A stretch of DNA of 64,000 nt, from contig JBILRW010000002.1 in assembly GCA_044372405.1 (NCBI GenBank), forward strand, positions 6,862 to 70,861. Reading direction: 5' to 3'. The first letter of the stretch is position 1; every line of letters begins with the position of its first letter. Source of the stretch: Alphaproteobacteria bacterium (lineage in GTDB: Bacteria > Pseudomonadota > Alphaproteobacteria > JAJTHO01 > CANGYM01). A program made the translations under genes and the position numbers. The notes under the pieces were generated by a model. That model made no database searches and was not told the origin of the DNA. It saw only the letters and a list, made by a program, of their open reading frames with translations. Of this stretch, positions 28,259-39,860 are shown piece after piece.

Positions 28259-29557
28259 ATGCCAATTTTAGAAATTTCGATTGTTGCTGTCTTGATTGTG
28301 CTCAATGGCGTGTTCGCTATGTCAGAACTGGCGATTGTTTCTTCCAAGAAAGTGTTGCTCCGAAAAAAAGCGGAACAAGGAAGCCGTGCTGCCAAGGCCG
28401 CCCTTGCCCTAGCAGATGACACGGGACGTTTTTTGCCCACGGTGCAAATTGGCATTACGCTCATCGGCATTCTAGCAGGAGCTTTTAGTGGTGCCACCAT
28501 AGCAGAGCACCTTGTCGTCTATTTAGAACCCTTGATAGGGGATAAGGACAGCGCGGAATTTGCCGCAGTCACCTTGGTGGTGATGGTGGTGACGTATGCA
28601 ACCCTGATTATCGGCGAATTAGTCCCTAAAGAGTTAGCTTTACGCAAACCTGAAAAATTTGCCATGCTCATTGCTCTACCTATTACGTGGCTTGCAAAAT
28701 GGACATCTCCCCTAGTTTGGGGGATGCGTAAATCATGTAACGCTGTATTGTTTTTGCTCGGTGCTTCAGATCAATATAAACCCACCGTAACGCAAGAAGA
28801 AGTAAAAGCCCTTATTGAAGAGGGTAGCGAATCGGGCGTGTTTGAAATTAATGAAAAAAACATGATCGTAGGCGTAATGCGACTGGCAGATAAACCTGTG
28901 CGTGCTTTCATGGTACCGCGCATCGATGTGGAAATGCTCGCGGTGGATGCAGGACTGGATGATGTGCTAGAGTTACTCAAAACCACCTGTTACTCTCGTT
29001 TTCTGGTGTATGAAGATGATACCGACAACATTTTGGGCATTCTCCATACCCGTGATGTGTTGACAATGCTCCTTGATAAGAACGATTTAAATATTCGTCA
29101 GATGGTTAAAAAAGTTCCTGTCTTTTCAGAAACAAGCGCCGCTATGGGAGTGATGGAGACATTGCGTATTTCTCCCTCTCACATCGGAATTGTGGTAGAT
29201 GAATATGGTGATTTGGAGGGAATTATAACACTTGCGGATTTGATTGAAGCCATTGCAGGCGAATTGTTCCAGACAGAGGGAGAAGCCTCTGAAATGACCC
29301 AGCGCGAGGATGGTTCATGGCTGGTGGACGGGCATGTTATGGTAGACAAAACCTTTGATATTATCGGCATTCCCCATGAAGAAGCACCAGAGGGGGATTA
29401 CCATACAATGGCAGGCTTCGTCTTGGCGCACCTACGCTCTTTACCACAAGTAGGTACCGTGTTCACCCATAATGGGTTTATCTTTGAAGTGGTTGATAAA
29501 GACGGTCATCGTATTGATAAAATTTTGATTGCAAAGCAACAGTCTCAGAATAGCTAA
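28259..29557 (+). CDS. Hemolysin-family protein (DUF21/CNNM TM domain + CBS pair + CorC_HlyC; TlyC/YtfL-like)
   Basis: N-terminus ...NGVFAMSELAIVSS..., GELVPKE, CBS pair, and a C-terminal transporter-associated domain. Codon usage and GC are visibly different from the flanks. Confidence 0.85.
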   Translation: MPILEISIVAVLIVLNGVFAMSELAIVSSKKVLLRKKAEQGSRAAKAALALADDTGRFLPTVQIGITLIGILAGAFSGATIAEHLVVYLEPLIGDKDSAEFAAVTLVVMVVTYATLIIGELVPKELALRKPEKFAMLIALPITWLAKWTSPLVWGMRKSCNAVLFLLGASDQYKPTVTQEEVKALIEEGSESGVFEINEKNMIVGVMRLADKPVRAFMVPRIDVEMLAVDAGLDDVLELLKTTCYSRFLVYEDDTDNILGILHTRDVLTMLLDKNDLNIRQMVKKVPVFSETSAAMGVMETLRISPSHIGIVVDEYGDLEGIITLADLIEAIAGELFQTEGEASEMTQREDGSWLVDGHVMVDKTFDIIGIPHEEAPEGDYHTMAGFVLAHLRSLPQVGTVFTHNGFIFEVVDKDGHRIDKILIAKQQSQNS

Positions 29558-29570
29558 CCTAAGTTAAGCT

Positions 29571-29606
29571 ATATATATCAAGCAGTAGAAAAACTTCTTG
29601 ATATAT
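29571..29606 (+). terminator. 10-bp perfect hairpin downstream of the hemolysin-family gene
   Basis: ATATATCAAG-N16-CTTGATATAT. The T-run (TTTTT) follows only after about 10 nt, so this is a weak terminator call. Confidence 0.3.
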
Positions 29607-29689
29607 ACATTCGGATTTTTGAGTAGACTGGGAAAGTGGTTCCGCCATTTCCTGCACCAAGCTATCCTGCGCTGGCTGGCGTAAAGATT

Positions 29690-30130
29690 TTAGCGCGGCC
29701 TAAACGGCACCACTTTTCCCGCACTTTGCTTTGTCTCCGCAATCGCTTTGCTGATGTGCTCTGCGGCCTGTCGAAGTTGCGTGTCTGCAAGATGCGCGTA
29801 GCGCAGCGTTGTCTGATACTGGCTGTGCCCCAGCAGTGCGCCAATCATCGGCAACGAATACCCTAAACTATTCGCCATGCTGGCGTGGCTATGGCGGAGG
29901 TCATGGAGGTGCAGGTCTTCCAGCTTGGCTGCCGCGCAAATCCGCTTCCATGCCTTGGCGACGTTGTTCATGGGCTTACCATCCATCCGTTCACTACAAA
30001 TCACATAAGGATTGCCGTTCACCCGTTTGAGGCTGGCAAAAATATCCAGCATCGGTTCGGTGATGAAAATTGTCTTGGCGCGTTTTTCCTTGGTAGAGGT
30101 GCGCGGAATGCGAATGTCGCGTTCGTCCAT
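29690..30130 (-). pseudogene. Tyrosine recombinase/integrase, C-terminal catalytic fragment only
   Basis: HDLRHSHAS (HxxR) and LLGHSQYQTTLRYAHL (catalytic Tyr) are present. The N-terminal arm/core-binding domains and the first catalytic Arg region are missing. 146 aa, against a typical length of about 350-400. Confidence 0.8.
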
Positions 30131-30321
30131 TCACCCTGTTTATTTTATTCTGATTCTTATGCAAGCAAATTCTTTGACAGACCATAAAACAGACCAGAAA
30201 TCGGCTATAAAATTCAGAGACGTTAAAGCCTCCCCTTGATTTTTGGCGTTGTTCTTTTTAGCATGAACCCCCTGGTTAGCCGGATTGCTATTTCTTTATC
30301 GTCACGTTTTTTGAATGTTTT

Positions 30322-32130
30322 GTGGCCCTTCTTCGCAAACTTCCTGATCATATCATCAACCGTATTGCGGCAGGGGAGGTCATTGAGCGTCCGGCCTCGG
30401 TGGTTAAGGAACTGGTGGATAACGCCCTGGATGCCGGTGCCACACATATCAGCATTCGTTTAGAGGATGGCGGTAAAGCCAGCATCCAAATCACCGATAA
30501 TGGCACGGGAATGCGTCGGGAAGAATTGCCGCTGTGTCTGGACCGCCACGCCACATCAAAACTCACCGACGAACATCTGGTGAACATTATCACCCTGGGG
30601 TTCAGGGGGGAGGCCCTGCCGTCCATTGCCTCCGTCAGTGATCTGCGCCTGATCAGCAAACATGCCCATGAGCCCCACGCCTGGCAGATTTCCATGTCAG
30701 GGGCCACAAAGTCGGGTGTGATCCCCGCCAGCGGACCCCAAGGCACAACGCTGGTGGTCAATAACCTGTTTTTCAATGTGCCGGCGCGGCTAAAGTTTCT
30801 GAAAGCCGCCCCCAGCGAAATGCGGAAAATTACCGAGACGCTGGAACATTTGGCCCTAACCCGTCCCGACGTGACCTTTGAGGTCACCCACAATGATCGC
30901 CGTGCCCATCATTGGACAGTATCGTCAGGGGATCCCCTGAAGCATCGCATAATGACCATTTTGGGCCAAGATTTTTGGGACAACAGTGTGCCGTTTCATC
31001 GGCAAGAGGGGGATGCGCACCTCCAGGGGCGTTGCAGCCTGCCCACCTATAACCGCGCTACCCAGGCGGAAACCTATTTGTTTGTCAATGGTCGCCCTGT
31101 GCGCGATCGCCTGTTGCAAACGGCGGTGCGGGTGGCGTATCAGGACTTTCTGCCCCGGGACCGTCATCCTGCGGTGTTTTTGGCCCTGACCTGTGATCCC
31201 TATGATGTGGATGTGAACGCTCACCCCGCCAAAACGGAGGTCCGTTTTCGCGATGCTGCCGCCCTGCGCCATCAGATCATCAGCACGTTAAGGGCCGCCC
31301 TGCACCAAGACGGCCACCGCGCCAGCACCACCATTGCCGATCATCTGGTGCAGCGTGTTACATCCGCGCCGTCTTATGGGGCGCCCGCCCCCACAACATT
31401 TTACCAGCCGCACCTGGGCGAACGCGAAACGCTGTCCTACAACACCGGCCCCCGAACCTTTGGCCTGCAAAGTTTTTCTGGGGCGCAACCACAACAAAGA
31501 ATAGTGCAGGAGGGCAGGGCAGGGGAGCCGACAACACTTTCTGCCACATCAGCAGCACCCATGGGTTATGCGCTGGGTCAAATTCTGGATACCTATATTT
31601 TGGCCCAAACAGAGGACGGCCTGATTCTGGTGGATCAGCACGCCGCCCATGAACGCTTGGTGTATGAGGCCATGAAGGCCACAACGTTGGTCAACATGGT
31701 GCCGCAGCCCTTGCTCGTGCCCATTGTTTTGGAAGCCGATACAGAAACCGTAGCTTTGTTTAGTGCCTGGCGAGAGGCCCTGGCGGAAAAATCATTTGTG
31801 ATTCGCACGGCCTCAGAAACCACCGTGATTTTAGAGGCGGTTCACCCCTATCTTTTGTCCTGCGACCTTTCCCAAATGATGCGGGACATGGGGGAGGAAC
31901 TCAAAGATTCAGGCCACCCTTCGGCCCTTACCGAGGCCCTGCACGAGATCTGCGGCAATATCGCCTGCCGCAGCAGCATTCGGGCGGGACGACGGTTAAA
32001 AATTGAGGAGATGAACGCGCTCCTCCGTCAAATGGAGGCCACCCCCCACGCCGGCCAGTGCAACCATGGCCGTCCCACGTATATTCGCCTTCGGCAGGGG
32101 GATTTGGCCCGATTGTTTGGGCGTTCTTAA
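30322..32130 (+). CDS. mutL: DNA mismatch repair protein MutL
   Basis: INRIAAGEVIERPASVVKELVDNALDAG GHKL ATPase motif. The C-terminal dimerisation/endonuclease-type region contains ACR.SIRAG. Confidence 0.95.
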   Translation: MALLRKLPDHIINRIAAGEVIERPASVVKELVDNALDAGATHISIRLEDGGKASIQITDNGTGMRREELPLCLDRHATSKLTDEHLVNIITLGFRGEALPSIASVSDLRLISKHAHEPHAWQISMSGATKSGVIPASGPQGTTLVVNNLFFNVPARLKFLKAAPSEMRKITETLEHLALTRPDVTFEVTHNDRRAHHWTVSSGDPLKHRIMTILGQDFWDNSVPFHRQEGDAHLQGRCSLPTYNRATQAETYLFVNGRPVRDRLLQTAVRVAYQDFLPRDRHPAVFLALTCDPYDVDVNAHPAKTEVRFRDAAALRHQIISTLRAALHQDGHRASTTIADHLVQRVTSAPSYGAPAPTTFYQPHLGERETLSYNTGPRTFGLQSFSGAQPQQRIVQEGRAGEPTTLSATSAAPMGYALGQILDTYILAQTEDGLILVDQHAAHERLVYEAMKATTLVNMVPQPLLVPIVLEADTETVALFSAWREALAEKSFVIRTASETTVILEAVHPYLLSCDLSQMMRDMGEELKDSGHPSALTEALHEICGNIACRSSIRAGRRLKIEEMNALLRQMEATPHAGQCNHGRPTYIRLRQGDLARLFGRS

Positions 32131-32135
32131 TCCAA

Positions 32136-32179
32136 TGTATTGCATTTTTCTATACAATCGTGTATGGTAAAAATGTATA
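32136..32179 (+). promoter_or_regulatory. Putative tacAT promoter with overlapping TGTAT/ATACA operator half-sites
   Basis: -35 TTGCAT (32140-32145), a 17-nt spacer, and -10 TATGGT (32162-32167). Half-sites are TGTAT 32136-32140, ATACA 32152-32156, TGTAT 32161-32165 and TGTATA 32174-32179, which include the palindrome ATACA-atcg-TGTAT. Confidence 0.35.
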
Positions 32180-32198
32180 AAAACAAAGAGGTTTACCT

Positions 32199-32480
32199 AT
32201 GGCCCAGCCCCAACCCAAAGAAGCGATTTCCATCAATATTCGGGCCCGGACGCGCCAGCGGGATTTGATCGACCAAGCCGCAGAGCGCGTCGGGCGCAGT
32301 CGATCGGACTTTATGTTGGACGCGGCTTGCCGCGAAGCGGAAAATGTTTTGCTCAATCAGGTGTTTTTCACCGTGAACGCCAAAACATATGCCGAAATTG
32401 AGGCGCTGCTGGATAATCCCTTGCCGCCAACGGACAAACTTCGTCGTCTCATGAATACCAGAGCGCCGTGGGAAGTCTGA
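32199..32480 (+). CDS. tacA: DUF1778 (TacA-type, RHH) antitoxin
   Basis: 93 aa. ISIRARTRQRDLIDQAAERVGRSRSDFMLDAA is the typical DUF1778 core. Stop/start overlap (TGATG) with the GNAT toxin. Confidence 0.8.
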   Translation: MAQPQPKEAISINIRARTRQRDLIDQAAERVGRSRSDFMLDAACREAENVLLNQVFFTVNAKTYAEIEALLDNPLPPTDKLRRLMNTRAPWEV

Positions 32481-33010
32481 TGATACAGACCTTAACGGCG
32501 CCCGTGCCCCTGACCACGGATCACCACCTGAATGACTTCACCTGTGGAGAAAGGGTTTTGGATGACTGGCTGAAGGCTCGCGCCCTGCATAATCATAGAG
32601 AAGGGATTTCCCGTTGTTTTGTCCTATGTGCGGACAATAAAGTTGTGGGGTATTACTGCCTGTCCGCTGGCGGCATTCACCGAGAAGCGGCCCCCGGCGT
32701 ATTACGAAGAAATATGCCGGATCCTTTACCCATCATCGTCCTGGGGCGTCTTGCCATGGATCAGGGCTATCACAACCAGGGATTGGGTAAAGCCTTGCTG
32801 CGTGATGCCATAGCGCGGGTGATAGAAGCGTCACAGTATATTGGCCTTGTGGCCATTCTTGTGCATACTCTCTCGATATCCGCCAAGCGCTTTTATCTGT
32901 CATGCGGATTTGTTGAATCCCCCCTGCAACCCATGACATTGATGATGACCGTGAAAACCATCAGGATGCTCCTTGGTGAAGCCAAAACGGCCACGCCTTC
33001 TATTTCTTAA
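32480..33010 (+). CDS. tacT: GNAT-family acetyltransferase toxin (TacT/AtaT/KacT-type)
   Basis: FTCGERVLDDWLK..., VVGYYCLSAGGI, LGRLAMDQGYHNQGLGKALL (acetyl-CoA binding). Paired with a DUF1778 antitoxin. Confidence 0.8.
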   Translation: MIQTLTAPVPLTTDHHLNDFTCGERVLDDWLKARALHNHREGISRCFVLCADNKVVGYYCLSAGGIHREAAPGVLRRNMPDPLPIIVLGRLAMDQGYHNQGLGKALLRDAIARVIEASQYIGLVAILVHTLSISAKRFYLSCGFVESPLQPMTLMMTVKTIRMLLGEAKTATPSIS

Positions 33011-33032
33011 TCTCTTCCCCTATACTGTTATT

Positions 33033-34757
33033 ATGAACACCATCCCCGATGATTTTTTGGACCGTTTGCGCGAATCCGTGCGTATTGAGGATGTTGTGCG
33101 CGCCCGCATCCCCCTAAAAAAAGCCGGCAGCGAATACAAAGGGCTTTGTCCGTTTCACTCAGAAAAAACGCCCTCGTTTCACGTCATTCCCGATAAACAG
33201 TTCTTTCATTGCTTTGGGTGCGGGGCCAGTGGCGATGTGGTAAAATTTGTGAAGGATTTTGATAAGGGGGGATTTTTAGCGGCGGTGAAAACCCTGGCCG
33301 ATCTGGCGGGCCTGCCCATGCCCAAGGCCGAAACCTATACCCCCCCCGCCGAAGAGATTCGTTATTTTACGGTTTATGAGCAAGCCGCTGCGTTTTACGG
33401 GCATACCCTGGCCAGCGATGCCCCTGCGCAGCAGTATTTAACGCAGCGGGGCATTGCTGCCAGCAGTGTCAAACAGTTTGGGCTGGGTCTGGCCCCGGAT
33501 GCCTGGGACAGCCTCAGCCGGTTTTTAATGACGCGGGATCATCCGGCGGATTTTTTGGTTTCTGCCGGGCTTTCCGTTCAAAAAGACCCCAAACGTCCCC
33601 CCTTTGACCGCTTCCGCCGGCGGTTGATGTTTCCCATACAAAATCGCCAGGGCAAAGTCGTGGCCTTTGGCGGGCGGATTTTACCGGGTCATGCCACCAC
33701 GGAACATGACGATGCCCCCAAATACCTCAATTCCCCGGAAACAGAACGGTTTCAGAAAAGCCAGATGCTTTATGGCCTGCCCCAGGCGCTGCCCACCTTA
33801 AGAAAAACCAACCGCGCAACGGTGGTGGAGGGCTATACCGATGTGATTTTGCTGCACCAGTACGGCTATACCGATGCCGTGGCGCCGCTGGGAACGGCGT
33901 TTACGGAAACACAGATGTCTTTGTTGTGGAAGATCGTGGATCAAATCGTGGTGTGTTTTGATGGGGATGCGGCGGGGATGCGGGCTGCGGCCAGGTGCAT
34001 TGACCGCGTGTTGCCCGATTTGCGCGCTGAAAAATCCTTGGTCATCATGATGATGGATCCGGGGGAGGACCCCGCCAGCCTGATGGCCTTGGGCCGTCAA
34101 GCCCGGTGGGATCAGATGCGGGCCGCCCCTGTTTCCATCCTGGATTTTTGGATGCTTATCCACCGGCAAACCCTGGCGGGATCGGGCCATGAACGGGCGG
34201 CTTTGATGAAAACACTCCTAAAAGACTGTGATGCCATCCGGGATTCGGATTTAAGGGCGTTTTATAAACAAGATCTCAAAGATCGCTTTTATCAAGCCCG
34301 AGCGCCCCGTTTTGAGAAGGGAAAAAAGCAGGGGTCTATAGGGGTGGGCCTGGGCCTGCCTCTGCCGTCCCCGAAAATCAATTTGGACCGTGTGTGTTGC
34401 GCGTTGTTGGCGGATCTGGCCCATCATCCGGAGTGGTTAGAGGACGGGGCGGAGCTTTTGGGCCATTTGACCTTTCCCAGCCCCCATATTGATGAGATTC
34501 GGGCCCGTGTGGTGGCGCTGGCTGTTAAGGGCCTTGACAAAACAGAAGGGGATCCCTATATCAGTCAATCCCAGTGGATTCATCAGACGCTGAAAGAGCT
34601 GGACCTTTGGCAATCGGACCCCATTATGCCCCAGTTGTTTTTAAAAGCCACCCATGATGATTATGACCAATGGAATGCAAGTTGTCTTAAGCTACAGCGG
34701 AGCCTTGAAAAAGGCAATGCCAGGCAAAAAATAAAAAAGATGATGGCGCTGTCGTGA
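33033..34757 (+). CDS. dnaG: DNA primase
   Basis: Zinc-finger region CPFHSEKTPSFHV..FHCFGCGASGD, TOPRIM (VVEGYTDV, CFDGDAAG). Start at the ATG at 33033. Confidence 0.95.
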   Translation: MNTIPDDFLDRLRESVRIEDVVRARIPLKKAGSEYKGLCPFHSEKTPSFHVIPDKQFFHCFGCGASGDVVKFVKDFDKGGFLAAVKTLADLAGLPMPKAETYTPPAEEIRYFTVYEQAAAFYGHTLASDAPAQQYLTQRGIAASSVKQFGLGLAPDAWDSLSRFLMTRDHPADFLVSAGLSVQKDPKRPPFDRFRRRLMFPIQNRQGKVVAFGGRILPGHATTEHDDAPKYLNSPETERFQKSQMLYGLPQALPTLRKTNRATVVEGYTDVILLHQYGYTDAVAPLGTAFTETQMSLLWKIVDQIVVCFDGDAAGMRAAARCIDRVLPDLRAEKSLVIMMMDPGEDPASLMALGRQARWDQMRAAPVSILDFWMLIHRQTLAGSGHERAALMKTLLKDCDAIRDSDLRAFYKQDLKDRFYQARAPRFEKGKKQGSIGVGLGLPLPSPKINLDRVCCALLADLAHHPEWLEDGAELLGHLTFPSPHIDEIRARVVALAVKGLDKTEGDPYISQSQWIHQTLKELDLWQSDPIMPQLFLKATHDDYDQWNASCLKLQRSLEKGNARQKIKKMMALS

Positions 34758-34821
34758 CACACTTTATTAATCTTTTTCTGAACTAATCGCAATAAACACC
34801 TAAGCCGGAGCGGTTTCCCCC

Positions 34822-36933
<2,112 letters not shown>

Positions 36934-36970
36934 TTGCCCCGATCCGAATCTGTCTCTATAGTGGGCCGTT

Positions 36971-38329
36971 ATGGCCAAACCCAAAACCCATTATCAATGC
37001 CAGGCGTGCGGCGCGGCGTATCCCCGGTGGCAGGGCCAGTGCGAGGCGTGTGGGGCGTGGAATACCTTAACTGAAGAATCCCCCGCGGTGGCCGTATCGC
37101 CGGCGGGGAAAATCAGCCAGAAATCCGGCCTTGTTTTGTCCCCCCTTCGGGAACAAGAAGCCGTTTTTACCCAGCGGACCTTAACCGGCATTGGGGAATT
37201 GGACCGGGTGTTGGGCGGGGGTCTGACCGTTGGTTCTGTAGTCTTGATGGGGGGAGAGCCCGGTATCGGCAAATCCACGTTGTTATTACAAGCCATGATC
37301 AACCTGTCGGCGCAGCACGAGGTGGCGTATTTCACGGGGGAAGAGTCCCTGGATCAAATTGCCCAGCGGGCCGCCCGTCTGAATGTCCCCCATCATCAGG
37401 TTATGGCGGCCCATACGGTGCAACTGAATGATGTTCTCGCGTTGCTGGACACCCCCAGGGCCCCGAAAATCGTGGTCATTGATTCCATCCAAACCCTGCA
37501 TGCGGAGCAAATCGAATCCGCCCCAGGAACGGTAAGTCAAATTCGCTATTGCACCCATATGCTGGCCAATCTGGCCAAAAAGCGGGGCATTACCTTTTTT
37601 ATCGTGGGACACATTACCAAAGAAGGCACCCTGGCCGGCCCCAAAGTCCTGGAACACCTGGTGGATACGGTCCTGACGTTTGAGGGGGACCGCCGCCATC
37701 ACGTCCGCCTGCTGCGGGCCAGCAAAAACCGCTACGGCGCCACGGATGAAATTGGGGTCTTTACCATGACCTCCGCAGGATTGTCGGAGGTCACCAATCC
37801 GTCGTCTCTGTTTTTATCCACAGATCAGCCCCCCTGTCCGGGCCAGGTGGTTACGGCGATTATGGAGGGGGCCCGCCCTTTGCTGGTGGATATTGAGGTC
37901 CTGGTATGCCCCACCCCCCTGGCCATTCCCCGGCGCACCGTGGTGGGATGGGATGTGAACCGCCTGCATATGCTGGTGGCGGTTTTGGAAAAACGCCTGA
38001 AATGCCAGTTGTCTAACAAAGACATCTTTATGAACGTGGCGGGGGGATTGAAAATTCAGGAACCGGCGGCGGATTTTGCGGTGTGTGTGGCACTGTTATC
38101 TTCCCTGCGCGATACCCTGGTGCCCAAGGGAACCGTGGTTTTTGGGGAAGTGAGCCTGAGCGGGACCCTGCGCCCCATTCCCCACGCCTATACCCGCATG
38201 CGAGAGGCCACGCGGTTGGGCTTCACCCGCATCCTGGCCCCAAAACAAGAGGTTGAGGCCATCGACGGCGCAACCTATCTGCCCTGTGCCCATTTGGGGG
38301 AGGTGATGGGGGTGACAGGTGACAGGTGA
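36971..38329 (+). CDS. radA: DNA repair protein RadA/Sms
   Basis: C4 zinc finger (CQACGAAYPRWQGQCEACGAWN), Walker A GEPGIGKST, KNRYG motif, Lon-like C-terminal domain. Confidence 0.95.
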   Translation: MAKPKTHYQCQACGAAYPRWQGQCEACGAWNTLTEESPAVAVSPAGKISQKSGLVLSPLREQEAVFTQRTLTGIGELDRVLGGGLTVGSVVLMGGEPGIGKSTLLLQAMINLSAQHEVAYFTGEESLDQIAQRAARLNVPHHQVMAAHTVQLNDVLALLDTPRAPKIVVIDSIQTLHAEQIESAPGTVSQIRYCTHMLANLAKKRGITFFIVGHITKEGTLAGPKVLEHLVDTVLTFEGDRRHHVRLLRASKNRYGATDEIGVFTMTSAGLSEVTNPSSLFLSTDQPPCPGQVVTAIMEGARPLLVDIEVLVCPTPLAIPRRTVVGWDVNRLHMLVAVLEKRLKCQLSNKDIFMNVAGGLKIQEPAADFAVCVALLSSLRDTLVPKGTVVFGEVSLSGTLRPIPHAYTRMREATRLGFTRILAPKQEVEAIDGATYLPCAHLGEVMGVTGDR

Positions 38330-38337
38330 GATAAAAG

Positions 38338-38742
38338 TTAAGACGGCTGCTCAACAATCAGCATAACCTTTTTATATCCGGCGGCCTTAATATCCCCCAT
38401 CAGGACCATGACGTCGCCGTAGGGGATGGTTTTGTCGGCGCGAATATAAACTTCTTCACTAGAGGCCTTCACAATGGCGGAGAGACGGGCGATGAGTTCA
38501 TCTCGCGGGGCCTCCATTTTTTGCAGAAAAATGGTGCCGTCTTTATTCAGGGTGATGACCACGGGCTCTTTGTCCATGTTCAGGTTATCCGCCTGGGTTT
38601 GGGGCAAATCCACAGGAACACCGGATACCAGCATGGGCGCCGCCACCATAAAAATAATCAACAAAACCAACATCACATCCACCAAGGGCGTGACGTTCAT
38701 TTCTGAAATGGGATCATTTTCCGTAAATTTATGGCCAGCCAT
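38338..38742 (-). CDS. tolR: Biopolymer transport protein TolR/ExbD
   Basis: EMNVTPLVDVMLVLLIIFMV motif, about 134 aa. Follows tolQ. Confidence 0.85.
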   Translation of the reverse strand: MAGHKFTENDPISEMNVTPLVDVMLVLLIIFMVAAPMLVSGVPVDLPQTQADNLNMDKEPVVITLNKDGTIFLQKMEAPRDELIARLSAIVKASSEEVYIRADKTIPYGDVMVLMGDIKAAGYKKVMLIVEQPS

Positions 38743-38745
38743 GAT

Positions 38746-39444
38746 TTAGTGACCTCCGCGCTCGATATTCAGAAGAATATCTTCCATAAACAACTCAATG
38801 CGTCTGGCATAACGGTTAATGTCTGTTGAAAATTTGTTATAGCCAAAGGATGCTGGAATGGCGGCAAACAGTCCCAGGGCCGTAACAAACAGGGCCTCAG
38901 CAATCCCCGGTGCCACAACGGCCAAGGATGTGTTTTGCGTGACCGCAATGGCGCTGAAACTGTTCATAATCCCCCAAACGGTTCCCAAAAGGCCGATGAA
39001 GGGTGCGGTTGATCCCACGGAGGCCAAAAACACCAGATGCTTCCGGTAAACCTCCATATCCCGCCCCATAACACCGGACATGGCGCGATCCACGCGGGAA
39101 AGGAGAGAGGCCGTTTCGGCCTGGGTCCATTGTTCCGGCAATTCATGCTGGGCTGTTAAAAAAACACGGCCCGCACTGTGCTCCACAGCATTGGTGCCGG
39201 GGGGAACGGCATGTTTGATGTCTTTTTGGGCCCAAATATAATCTTCGAATTGTTTTGATTCTTTAATAACGCGGCGCAGCGTCCACCATTTATGAATCAT
39301 AATGGACCATGAAAAAATCGACATAGCCAGCAGCAACAGCACGATGACCCAGATCACAACATCGGCATTATCCAAAAAGTGCAAAAGAGAGCCACTCTGC
39401 GCCGTTGAGGCAGCCTGTTCCGTGGTAACAGCAACGTTTTCCAT
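38746..39444 (-). CDS. tolQ: MotA/TolQ/ExbB proton channel protein
   Basis: Three TM segments and a conserved C-terminal region (GLLGTVWGIMNSF..IAEALFVTALGL). Confidence 0.88.
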   Translation of the reverse strand: MENVAVTTEQAASTAQSGSLLHFLDNADVVIWVIVLLLLAMSIFSWSIMIHKWWTLRRVIKESKQFEDYIWAQKDIKHAVPPGTNAVEHSAGRVFLTAQHELPEQWTQAETASLLSRVDRAMSGVMGRDMEVYRKHLVFLASVGSTAPFIGLLGTVWGIMNSFSAIAVTQNTSLAVVAPGIAEALFVTALGLFAAIPASFGYNKFSTDINRYARRIELFMEDILLNIERGGH

Positions 39445-39452
39445 AAACTTGG

Positions 39453-39860
39453 TTATCCTGAAGTTTTGAGTAAAGACGCAAAGGACCCATACAGGGGTGC
39501 ATCCATAGCTTTAGGTTTACCGTCTTTTGATAAACACGCAAGGTGTATCCTGACGGAAACCAAAAGATTTTCATCACGCAGAATATCCTGCTCTAAATGC
39601 ACCCGCACACGGCTGAGGTGAAGGAGGTTTGTTTGAATACTCAAAGAATCCCCCAAAACGGCGGGGCGATGATATTTCACCGTCATATCCGTCACGGCAA
39701 AAACAAAGCCCTTGGTCCATAAAGCCTGGTTGGATAGGCCCAAAGACACCAAAAAATCAGCCCGGGCGCGCTCCGCCAATTCCAGATATTTTGTGTGATA
39801 CACAACGCCGCCCGCATCGGTATCGCAAAAGGCAATGACGGGGCAGGCATACATCACCAT
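39453..39860 (-). CDS. ybgC: Tol-Pal-associated acyl-CoA thioesterase (4HBT hotdog fold)
   Basis: DTDAGGVVYHTKYLELAERAR motif. Position immediately upstream of tolQ. Confidence 0.8.
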   Translation of the reverse strand: MVMYACPVIAFCDTDAGGVVYHTKYLELAERARADFLVSLGLSNQALWTKGFVFAVTDMTVKYHRPAVLGDSLSIQTNLLHLSRVRVHLEQDILRDENLLVSVRIHLACLSKDGKPKAMDAPLYGSFASLLKTSG

